Shown here one piece after another: positions 53,026 through 64,000 of a DNA stretch of 64,000 nucleotides (position 1 is its first letter; each line of letters begins with the position of its first letter). Source of the DNA: Octopus vulgaris (Eukaryota); assembly GCA_951406725.2 (NCBI GenBank), contig OX597836.1:20584001-20648000 (forward strand). Direction: 5' to 3'. The notes under the pieces were generated by a model that saw only the letters and a program-made list of their open reading frames with translations, was not told the DNA's origin and did not search any database. A program made the position numbers and the translations under genes.

Positions 53026-54285
53026 GGCAGGGTATACTATGTTATTTATTGGAGTAAGAGATTCAGTACATTGGCTCTGAGGAGTGATTAATAAATCATG
53101 AAATGGTGGGTCAGGAGACTCCTCACTCATTTTTCTGCATGTTGAAAACATAGAAGAAATGTGTTAACATTATTACAAAGTTCATTATCAGAGTTAATGA
53201 TGCTCTAATATTTAAACTTAATTGATTGACTTCTGATTTATGTTTAGTTATTCTTTTTTTCTTTTTATTTGTTTGACTTGTTTTAGTCATTTGATTGTGG
53301 CCATGCTGGAGCACTGCCTTTAGTCAAACAAATCGACCCCAGGACTTACTCTATGTAAGTCTAGTACATATGGATTTGGGAAGAGATAAAACTAGTGGTT
53401 ATGAGGTGTTTGGATGGACCTTCAACTTACAAGGTAAGCAGAACTAAATAGGTAAGCAGAACTAAATAGTCCAACTTATAAATATAGAAGTAACAATTTG
53501 TTATTCCAAACAACAGAAATATTGTAAAGTCAACTAATTGCTTAACTCAAAGTCAGCCCCTGTCAAACCAACTTCAATGATCTAAGATCAAAGGTAATCC
53601 CTCCATAAACATCTCATTTTCAGGTATAAGTGAATTTAAAACTACATTATCAAACATGCACCTCCCTTTTTTTAAAAAATGGTTTAGTGTAATTTGAGGA
53701 GTATTTGGCTACTACTTTTAGCAAGTGTAGCACCAGTGTAGTTTATTAATATGTAGAGTTAGTATAGCTTGGACAAAGTGTGACATGGCTAAGTGGATTT
53801 TTCCAAGTAACACAACATCACATAAAGGTTGAACCATTAATGCTGACCCTAAGATGTAATAATTATGGAATTCAATCAGCTTATTAACCATTTAAAAACA
53901 AAAGCTAAAGAGCCTACAATGGACCCTCTACATGGTTACTCTAACGTGCTAGAAACAGCAACCAAATCTCCTTCATATTACACCCTACCATCATCTCCTA
54001 CCATCTTTGTAGGCTGTGATTTGAAGGAGAATTGGCTGGTATAATGTAGTCCAGCATGTTTATAAAAATACATAGAGGTCATAACTTAAATATCTTTAAC
54101 CATAGAACTGTGATATCAGAGCTGACCTGGGATTAAACAACATCATTAATACTTTAAAAAATTCCTATAACAAACAGGACCATATTATTCCTCTAATATT
54201 CTATCACCAGTTGGAAGTAAACTCTTTCCTAATTAAATCTTTACATGAAATTCCAAAGATAAATGGGGTGTCATGTGTTACTCAC

Positions 54286-54413
54286 CTCTAATATTCTATC
54301 ACCAGTTTGAAGTGAGCCCTCCCTGCCAGCAGGGCTATCTTTCATTACAAGCTTTATGAAAATACCTGACATTATTTGTTCAGGTGAAGCATGAGGCACA
54401 TTGATTCTTCCAC
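54286..54413 (-). CDS. MPDZ: MPDZ-like exon: PDZ core (GGRINVPHASPEQIMSGIFIKLVMKDSPAGREGSLQTGDRILE)
   Basis: Acceptor ttttgccattgtAG, donor GAG/GTGAGT; 128 nt, phase 1 to 0; PDZ motifs GIFIK, DSPAG, GDRILE. Confidence 0.95.
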
Positions 54414-54889
54414 CTACAATGGCAAAATGGTTTATGATTAAGTTTGATAACAAAGCAAATAATTAAAGCAACAAGACTTTTTCACACATTAACCTGCATT
54501 TTACAATATCTCAATGATTTAAAAAAATTTAGACATTCATGATTCAATTTCTTTATTAGAAGAGTTACCCATCTTCATCATCTCACTGTCCACTTGTATA
54601 GGACAGGTGAAACACAGAGAGCTAGATATTCTCCTGTTGCCAACCCTTGCCTATCTCTGAGCAAGTTAATATTTCCCCTGGTACTCTGAACATGAACAGC
54701 TCAAATGATTTCTTTTAGAAGAGCAAAAGACAGAAAGACAAAGTGAGGGACAGAGAAAAATCAGTTGAGCTCAGTAGATGACCTGAGAGGATGAAAGTTT
54801 AAGTTGACTGTAACAGGATTTGAACTCAGAGCATAGAGTCATAATGATTACCATAAAACAATCTATTTAACACTAACGATTCTGCTGAC

Positions 54890-55014
<125 letters not shown>

Positions 55015-55789
55015 ATACATACATAGATACACACAAATACATATGTTGTCTAGTCTTAATTCTGAAAGGCCATTTCTATAAATATGATAGAAATACCTGT
55101 GGCATTTATTATTTATCTTTTGGGTTACTGTCCCTGTTTTTTTGCTTCATATATTTTCCCATTTCATAACTTTTCATAACTCGTCCTTTCACTCATTTGG
55201 TCTATGGACCTTGTCTTTGCTTGTATTTGTTTCATTAATATCCTGCACGTTGGCTTGTTTACATCCCAGCAGCATTTTGCTGATTATGCCATCAAATTGA
55301 ACAATATTATCGATAAAGTGTTGAAATTAAGATGATTTTTGGGATGAGAGTGTCTACTCTCTTGTGTGTTTTTTTCCTAATTTCCATGTTTATCATCTTT
55401 CCATGCAGCCTTTTACAACACACACACACACACACACACACATCTGTGTGTGTGTGTGTGTGTGTGTACTTGGATGTACAAATGAGACAAAAAGTACTCA
55501 ATCATCATCATCATCGTTTAACATCCGCTTTCCATGCTAGCATGGGTTGGATGGTTCAACTGGGGTCTGGGGAACCCGAAGGCTGCACCAGGCCAGTCAG
55601 ATCTGGCAGTGTTTCTACAGCTGGATGCCCTTCCTAATGCCAACCACTCCGAGAGTGTAGTGGGTGATTTTATGTGCCACTGACACAGGTGCCAGATGAG
55701 GCTGGTGGATGGCCACGCTCGGATGGTGGTTTTTACGTGCCACCGACACAGGTGCCAGATGAGGTAATACATATAAATAATAAATAAAT

Positions 55790-56030
55790 GCGCCCTTTTA
55801 AAGCCTAGCCAGGCTCATGGGCCCGGTTTCTATGGCGTATGTGTTCCCCAACTGGACGGTACGCCAGTCCATCGCAGCGTTACTCATAATTGCCAGCTGA
55901 GTGGACTGGAGCAACGTGAAATGAAGTGTTTTGCTGAAGAACACAACGCGTCGCCTGGTCCAGGAATTGAAACCACAATCTTATGATCATGGTGCTGACA
56001 CGCTAACCACTAAGCCATGCACCTCCACAC
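55790..56030 (-). mobile_element. tRNA-derived SINE, family C-related
   Basis: Minus-strand head tggcttagtggttagcgtgtcagc...ggtttcaattcctggacc followed by a cactccacgttgctccagtccactcagctgg-type body. Confidence 0.75.
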
Positions 56031-56427
56031 CCAATACATATAGTGAACTATATTTATTCATCTGCATCTATTTATTGCCTCAGTAGCTTTTGTAGCTTTC
56101 TTGTTTGTATGCATTTCTTGGACTGAATTTTCAGTTTCCAATCAACACACACACACACAAATAGACATGTATAGTAGTAGTAGTAGTAGTTGTGGTTGTT
56201 AGTGTATATCACATGCTCAAACACTGGAGTAGTATGTAATGCTAATATTGTAGTGCATATATTATGATGAGAAAAGAAGTTAAACAGGTCATGTATCTCA
56301 CTTCATGTTTCCTGCTTGGAACATGTCTTCCTGCAGATCTCAGTCAAAAATGTAAAAATGAAACTATGAAAATTACGTGCCATACATTGAAAAACTAAAC
56401 TTGAAATATCCACACACATATACACAT

Positions 56428-56818
56428 ACTCTCTTTACTCTTTTACTCTTTTACTTGTTTCAGTCATTTGACTGCGGCCATGCTGGAGCACCGCCTTTAG
56501 TCGAGCAACTCGACCCCGGGACTTATTCTTTTTGTAAGCCCAGTACTTATTCTATCGGTCTCTTTTTGCCGAACCGCTAAGTGACAGGGACGTAAACACA
56601 CCAGCATCACACAAAAACACACCAGACACACAAACACACACACATACATATATACGACAGGCTTCTTTCAGTTTCCGTCTACCAAATCCACTCACAAGGC
56701 TTTGGTCGGCCCGGGGCTATAGCAGAAGACACTTGCCCAAGATGCCACGCAGTGGGACTGAACCCGGAACCATGTGGTTGGTTAGCAAGCTACTTACCAC
56801 ACAGCCACTCCTGCGCCT
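56428..56818 (-). mobile_element. SINE family A, young copy
   Basis: Nearly identical to 2384-2758, with a small internal deletion. Confidence 0.9.
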
Positions 56819-56937
56819 ATGTGGACATATGTAAACACACAGACATACACACATATGTATATGCATATACATAAACAGATACTCACATATTGTGTATGTG
56901 TGTGTATGTGCATGCACACATACATACATTTTTTCTT

Positions 56938-57292
56938 TTATTATTATGGCTGCCCCCTTGTTATCGAGTATGGCCATTGCACGAAGCTTAACTGTTACAG
57001 GTGCTGTGATCGAATGTGACTTTTTAGCCCAACTAAAGATCTACAATGTCTTGTACAAAATTGGCAACTAAGACCTTTACTGGCAATAGCCGGCTGTAGT
57101 TGTAACTGGGCTTCATGTACCTTTGCATGTTGTTTAAGTCCTCCTACCGAATTACACTCTCTTCCACATGCTCGAAAGACATGATTAGTATGGTGTGTTA
57201 CACCACCACCAGTGGCCAGGTTGTCACTCATCTGTCTCGTTTTATGACTTCGAAGATGACTCTTGAGTCCAGCTTTACTGACATTATGTCAG
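56938..57292 (-). mobile_element. RTE-type LINE 3' fragment with C2H2-like zinc knuckles and (TAA) tail
   Basis: SKAGLKSHLRSH, ACGRECNSVGGLKQHAKVH, CQFCTRHCRSLVGLKSHIRSQH, short 3' UTR ending gcagccataataataa. Confidence 0.7.
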
Positions 57293-57362
57293 AATCATAT
57301 TTCTTTTTAGGAATGGTGAATCTCAAAGCAGTGAAATAAGAAACTTAAAAACAAAAACTTAC

Positions 57363-57640
57363 CCACAATGCTGATGCCTAAACTCTTGCCAGGTTCTCGC
57401 TCAAGAGTAACTTCACGTGGCGCCCTCCATGTGTGGTCCCCAGTGGCTGGAGAGCCATCACACGATAGTGTCATCTGGCGTCCTTGTCCTTTAGAGGTGA
57501 TGGGTACAATTGGAGATGTGGGAGCACTTGCGGGTTTTACTTCGCCCAGATGAAGTGGACTGTGTGATGGTGATGTGTAAGCAGAACGAAGCCCCTCCGT
57601 ACTGCCGTGACCAAACATGTGTATTGGAGATAAATTGGAA
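57363..57640 (-). CDS. MPDZ: MPDZ-like exon: Ser/Pro-rich linker and start of PDZ domain (...WRAPREVTLEREPGKSLGISIVG)
   Basis: Acceptor ttctctttcacttactacAG, donor G/GTAAGT; 278 nt, phase 2 to 1; contains the PDZ carboxylate-binding loop SLGISI. Confidence 0.92.
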
Positions 57641-58109
57641 CTGTAGTAAGTGAAAGAGAAGAAGAGGAAACATAAGATATATTTGGTGAAGTACCAGCAA
57701 TGTTTCATCTTATAATGATATTAATAACAATTATAACAACATCAACAACAATTGTTTCTAAAATAAGTACAATGCCACAAGTTTGTGTTGGGGGTGAGGG
57801 TCAGTTGATTTGATTGAGCTAAGCGTTTCATTGGTACTTCATTTCCAGGAGTATAAGCAGAGGCATTAAAAAAGATGCTACCTTGTAGTGTAAGATGACT
57901 ATGTCGCAGTAAATGAAAATTAGTTTTGTGATTGAAACATGAAGTTGAAAGCTTCAGTAATAAAAGAATCTGGAAAAACACAGTGAGTTAAGTATTTATT
58001 TGCAATGTTATTTCATAGGTCCCAGAGATATGGAGAGCAAAGTTGACATTGATAGGACTTGACCTCAGAATGTAAAGAGCTGGAACAAATACAGCAAAAC
58101 ATTTTACCC

Positions 58110-58152
<43 letters not shown>

Positions 58153-58189
58153 TATAATAATAATAATAATAATAAAATGAAAAAAACAA

Positions 58190-58455
58190 TGATAAAGTGG
58201 GGCAATGAAGAGAGTGGACATGATACCAATAGTGATTGGTGCACTTGGAAGTATCAGTACCAAACTACCAGCATGGCTCAAAAAAGATTGGAGCGACTGT
58301 AAAAACAGAACACATACAAAAATCATCATTTCTTGGAACTGCAAGAGTTCTCTGTAGTGTTCATGAAGCATGACAAGTGTCAGTAAACAAGTTTCACCTT
58401 AGTGTGCTGGTTAGAGGCAGCTGGCATTTTCCATCATACTCAGCAAAATAAATAA
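58190..58455 (+). mobile_element. 3' fragment of an RLE-type (R4/Dong-like) non-LTR retrotransposon in a (TAA)n tract
   Basis: MKRVDMIPIVIGALGSISTKLPAWLKK / IGATVKTEHIQKSSFLGTARVL, one frameshift; PIVIGALG and QK..LGTARIL are characteristic of R4/Dong C-termini. Confidence 0.82.
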
Positions 58456-58677
58456 TGATCACAAATTTTGCCACAAGACCAGCAATTTCGGGAGAGAAGA
58501 TAGGTCACTTAGACTGACCCCAGAGTTCAGCTCATACTTATTTTATTGACCCTGAAAGGATGAAAGGCAAAGACAACCTCAGAGGAATTTGAACTCAGAG
58601 CATAAGGATGGATGAGATTCCGCTAAGCATTTTCCCCAGCGCAGTAACGATTCTTAAATTTTCATGATATAATTAAT

Positions 58678-58720
<43 letters not shown>

Positions 58721-59550
58721 GTAGTAATGATAATTCTATCTATTACAGACACAAAGCCTGAAATGTTAGCTAATTATATTGACTCAAGTGCACAACTGGT
58801 ACTCATTTTATTGACCTTGGAGAGGATGAAAGGCAAAGTGGGTCTCGAATTTGAAGGAAGAAATAACACAAAGCATTATGTTTGATGCTCTAACAATTCT
58901 ATGAACCCCACTCCTTCTCTCATAGTTCCTAAATTTTAGAGAGGAGTATGGTAATTTTTAAGGGGAAGAGCTCAATCAAATTGACTCTAGTAATTGGATA
59001 GTACTTTATTTATCTACCCTAGAAGGAAAAAATGCAAAACCGATGTCACTGGGATTTGAACTAAGAATGTAAAGACTCGGAACAAATACCATGAGATATT
59101 TTCTCCCAGATGCTTTAATGTTTCTGCCAATCCACCACCCTAAAATATTGCAATACACACACACGCATGCATGTACACAATCACAGACTAATTATTGGAA
59201 TTAATTAGAAATTTTACAAAGTCTGAGGAAACTTGTGAAGATCTGTGTTATTAGAAATTAATTAGTGAAGTTTGTAAATTTGGATACGTTTGCATGTTTA
59301 TAGGCAAATAATTAATTAATTTACTGAATGCTGACATGTGTGCAAGCAGTGCAGAATACAAATTAATGTTCGCATAAAAGTTCTGTTGCTCTTGATGGTG
59401 TAGGAACAGAGGTTCCAGACTCTAATAAGCTGATCAAAATACTACAGTTTTTGCCATCTAACAATATTTCAGTATTTGAATGAATCTTATTTTAAGAAGT
59501 CAAAATCAACCACAGCAGATTCTGAACTTGGAAAGCAAAGGGAAGTTTAA

Positions 59551-59769
59551 CCCTTTAGCATTCAGATTACTCTTAAATGTAATGCTTTTTCACTCAAATT
59601 GTTTTGAATTAATCATGCATTATCTCACAGCTTTGAGGTTTCAATAATGTGATTATTTATTTTTAGAATGGCAATGTAGGTTAGGTGTGAGAGGCCAGAT
59701 ATGGCTAGTTCAAATATAAAACATGTAGAATATATTGGGCCGGATATGGCCGGTTTAAACACTAAAGGG
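59551..59769. mobile_element. piggyBac-type MITE, second family, inserted in an old SINE B
   Basis: TTAA-CCCTTTAG ... CTAAAGGG-TTAA; reverse-orientation copy at 41969-42142. Confidence 0.85.
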
Positions 59770-62325
59770 TTAAAAACTAAATACTGCAAAGCATCTTGTC
59801 CACAACAATACTGATTCTGTGACTTACTACCATTACAATATTAATAATAACAATAATAAAACATAATGGTAATACAAGAGATAATATCATAAATACATCA
59901 TGTGTTTTTCTGTGTTTAATAAATAAAACAAACTGAAGAAAGATGTTAGTTTAATCAGAAACATCGAGTTTGCGTTTTTTTTTTATATTTGAAAACTTTA
60001 AATAAATAATGTGATTCTTAAAATAATAAATGAATTAAATAAGACATTATAATTTTGAAACTTTTTTTAAACATCTTGAAATATTTTTCTCTCATTGCTG
60101 GAAAGAAAGAAGGAACATTAAAGAAACTAAACTTGGGAAAAATCTAAGATTTTGTAACAAGAACAATTCCTTTAACATTGTTTTGTAATTATATTTCTAA
60201 TTAAATACACTGCTTCTATAATTCCAATAATTTTCGAAATAATGAAGAATTTAAAGAGGTTTAACATTTTTAATAGCAACCTATCTGAAAGCACCTTTGG
60301 TAGGTTCTGTATTACAAAATTTCTGTTATAAATTTATCTAAATTAAAACGTCCAATCAAAATTTTATGTTAATTTATATTCCAAACACCAGTTTAATAAT
60401 GACAGTTATTTAAATAAATACTTCATTATTTTCAAAATTAATTGAAATTAAGCCAGTGTATTTCAGCAGAAATATGATAACAAAAGGGTTTTATTTTGAT
60501 TATTGAGCTGGTGTAGTGAGGTGGATTGACAGAATAATGAAAGCATTAGACAAAACACCTTGAAGCATGTGTTTGGCTCTTCATATTCTGAGATCGACTC
60601 CTGCTATAGTCAACTTTGCTGCTTATCCCTCAGGGGTCAATAAAATAAAGTATCAATTAAAATACTGGAGTTGATTTAATCGACAAATATCCTTCCCTCA
60701 AAACTGCTATCCTTGTGCTTGAATTAGAAACCATTAAGTTAGTGGTGTCTGGAATATAATTTAATGAAATTATGATGGAAGGTTGAACTATATTTATATT
60801 AAAATGGACAGACTTTTTTTTTGTAAGAACTAGAGGTAGTCTCAGGATAATTGGTATCAAAAGAATTCAGGAATAAAATGTGAAGTAGCAGTTGGTTTCC
60901 TTTTATTTTTTTTGTTATAGATAGAGGTATAACAACAATAATGGTAGTAATAACTATTTCAAATTTCAGTACAAGGCCAGCAATTTTAGGAAAAGAGGCA
61001 AGTTGGATTACGTTGACTTTTGTACTGGACTGGTATTTTATTTTATTGACCCTCAAAAAAAATGAAAAAGATGAAAAGCAAAATCAACCTCAGTGAGATT
61101 TGAGCTCAAAACATGAAGAGCCAAAGGAAATTTCTGCTAAGCATTTTGTTCAACATGTTAACAATTCAACCAGCTTGCTGCTTAAAATAATAATAATAAT
61201 AATAATTTCCTGTATTTGCTACAAGCTCACTGAAAAAGGGTCTGTTGGGGGTGCCTATTATCTTTTACTGGTTTCAATCACTGGATTAAGGCCATGCTGG
61301 AGCATTACCTTCAAGGGCATATTAGTCAATTATATCAATACCTATCATTAATGAATACTACTTATTTTTATTCACTTTGTTTGGACAAATAGCAGAGTGA
61401 ACTCAGACTGAGAAAGGATGGAAGCAAACAACACAAGTTATCTAATTTACCTCTCTAATAATTTGGTCATCTACCTGTATGCCTTGGATTGAAATTCTTT
61501 AATTAAACTCAATGAAACCAAACAATTGTTAACTTTACATCTCCAGAAGATTTGTTGTTACAGTAATCAGTTTCGAAAGATGTTATGACAATAACTGTAT
61601 AAAAATGTTGTTGTTTTAGTCGCCAGGCAATCCATCCATGACCATCCAATATGTCTATTATTTATGTGAAGCAGTAACATGTTACAAGAGATTTTGGGGT
61701 TATTTCTAGCAGATGGAGTGATCATGGATAGGATTTATTGCTGGCTGACTTGGAAAAATTGTAAAAGCTGTATGCTTGAGTACAAGACAGAGTTATAAAA
61801 CTGAAAATAACTCTAAAAAAAAAATGAATGCAATTAAAAAACATGAATAAAACATCAGCAAAAATATTATTAATGTCTGCAATATTTATAAGATATAATG
61901 TAACATAAAACAAAAACAATAAAGAACACGTCCAATAAAAAAGAATAAAAACATTAAAATATCTCAAATTTTTAAACATTATAAAGACTGTAATTAACAA
62001 ACATATTTGAAAATCAAGATGTTTATTAAAAATAAATAAAAACAATCGTAGTCAAAATATAAAAAACCTTGTAAATGATAAAGTGCAAAAAAAAAATGTA
62101 AATAATGGTTTCATATCTTAGCACAAAGTCAGTGACTTTGGAGGAGAGAGTTTGTTGATTATATTGGCACCAGTGCTCCACTGGTACTTACTTATTTTAT
62201 CTACTCTGGAAAGACGAAAGGCAAAGTTAACCTCAGCTGGTTTTGAGCTCAGAATGTAAAGAGCTGAAATAAACGCTGCTAAGCATTTTGTCCAGAGCTG
62301 TAACAATTCTACCACTTTACTGCCT

Positions 62326-62375
62326 TAATAATGATAATAATAATAACAACAACAATAATAATGATGATGATAATA

Positions 62376-62418
<43 letters not shown>

Positions 62419-62423
62419 TGATG

Positions 62424-62454
<31 letters not shown>

Positions 62455-62459
62455 TGATG

Positions 62460-62490
<31 letters not shown>

Positions 62491-63425
62491 TAATAATAAT
62501 AATAATAATGATAATAATGGCATGCACTGCTCTCTCACTCAATAATAATAATAATGATGATGATAATAATAATAATGATGATGATAATAATAATAATAAT
62601 AATGATAATAATAATAATAATAATGATAATAATGGCATGCACTGCTCTCTCACTCAATAATAATAATAATGATGATGATAATAATAATAATGATGATGAT
62701 AATAATAATAATAATAATGATAATAATAATAATAATAATGATAATAATGGCATGCACTGCTCTCTCACTCAATAATAATAATAATGATGATGATAATAAT
62801 AATAATGATGATGATAATAATAATAATAATAATGATAATAATAATAATAATAATGATAATAATGGCATGCACTGCTCTCTCACTCAATAATAATAATAAT
62901 GATGATGATAATAATAATAATGATGATAATAATAATAATAATAATGATAATAATAATAATAATAATGATAATAATGGCATGCACTGCTCTCTCACTCAAT
63001 AATAATAATAATGATGATGATAATAATAATAATGATGATAATAATAATAATAATAATGATAATAATAATAATAATAATGATAATAATGGCATGCACTGCT
63101 CTCTCACTCAATAATAATAATAATGATGATGATAATAATAATAATGATGATAATAATAATAATAATAATGATAATAATAATAATAATAATGATAATAATA
63201 ATAATAATAATGATGATGATAATAATAATGATGATAATGATAATAATAATAATAATAATGATGATGATAATAATAATAATAATGATGATAATAATAATAA
63301 TAATAATGATGATGATAATAATAATAATAATGATGATAATAATAATAATAATAATAATGATGATGATAATAATAATAATAATGATAATAATAATAATAAT
63401 AATGATGATGATAATAATAATGATG

Positions 63426-63462
<37 letters not shown>

Positions 63463-63473
63463 TGATGATAATG
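62326..63473. repeat. (AAT/GAT)n tract containing a six-copy higher-order tandem repeat (112-115 bp period)
   Basis: GGCATGCACTGCTCTCTCACTC starts at 62519, 62634, 62749, 62864, 62976 and 63088. Confidence 0.96.
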
Positions 63474-64000
63474 ATTTTCAAGTTTTGGCACAAGGCCAGC
63501 AATTTCAGAGAGGGCAATAGTTGATTACATTGGCCCCAGTGCTCAACTGATATTTACTTCATCAACCCCAAAATGAAGAAAAGTCAACATAAAAGGGGAC
63601 AAAACGCTGCCAAACATTTTTATCTGACATGTTAACAATTCTGCCAGTTCACCACCTTAATAATAATAATAATGATAATCCTTTATACTATAGGCACAAG
63701 GCCTGAAATTTGGGGTAGGGGACTAGTCAATTACATTGACCCCAGTGCATAACTCGTACTTATTTCATTGACCCTGGAAGAATGAAAGACAATGTCAGCT
63801 TTGGGAGAATTTGAACTCAGAATGTAAGGACAGATAAAATGCTGCCAAGCATTTTGCTCAGAATGCTAACGATTCTGCCAACTTGCCACTTTAATAATAA
63901 CAATCCTTTCAGCTAAAGGCACAAGGCCTGAAATTTTAGGGGAGGGTATCAGTCGATTACATTGACCCCAATGTTGCACAGGTACTTAATTTATATACCC
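63474..64000 (-). mobile_element. Head-to-tail array of three SINE B-subfamily copies separated by (TAA)n
   Basis: Units at about 63474-63658, 63680-63892 and 63905-64000. Confidence 0.8.

Noticed and set aside
53432-53469. 18-bp perfect tandem duplication ggtaagcagaactaaata
   Set aside because: Ordinary slippage duplication; the donor-like GTAAG is on the non-transcribed strand.
59355-59419. Possible upstream exon (minus, ttattAG/AGTCTGGAACC...)
   Set aside because: Weak pyrimidine tract and no convincing donor.
62519-63109. CRISPR array
   Set aside because: Spacers are near-identical microsatellite, there are no cas genes, and the context is a eukaryotic intron.

Overview
AT-rich, microsatellite- and SINE-dense eukaryotic DNA; the repeat families suggest an octopus/cephalopod genome (inference, no search run). 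The window lies inside one large minus-strand gene encoding a multi-PDZ scaffold of the MPDZ (MUPP1)/PATJ family. Five phase-compatible coding exons are well supported (57363-57640, 54286-54413, 52571-52681, 44551-44700, 14730-14799). They cover a PDZ domain resembling MPDZ PDZ7 and the acidic EDEYGY linker before the next PDZ; the gene continues beyond both ends. The introns hold tRNA-derived SINEs, RTE, CR1 and R4/Dong-like LINE tails, a decayed mariner, TTAA MITEs and a Helentron-type element. Most notable: (1) a candidate pair of small exons (58 nt with a G-quadruplex motif, and 23 nt) that keeps the frame only when both are included; (2) an inverted segmental duplication bracketing the 58-nt exon; (3) a 24-nt frame-preserving microexon candidate; (4) a type I hammerhead-ribozyme-like fold with a U3:A8 core; (5) a six-unit AAT-embedded tandem array carrying UGCAUG in the pre-mRNA sense. 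Almost all ORFs in the supplied track are microsatellite artefacts. Repeat boundaries are approximate.
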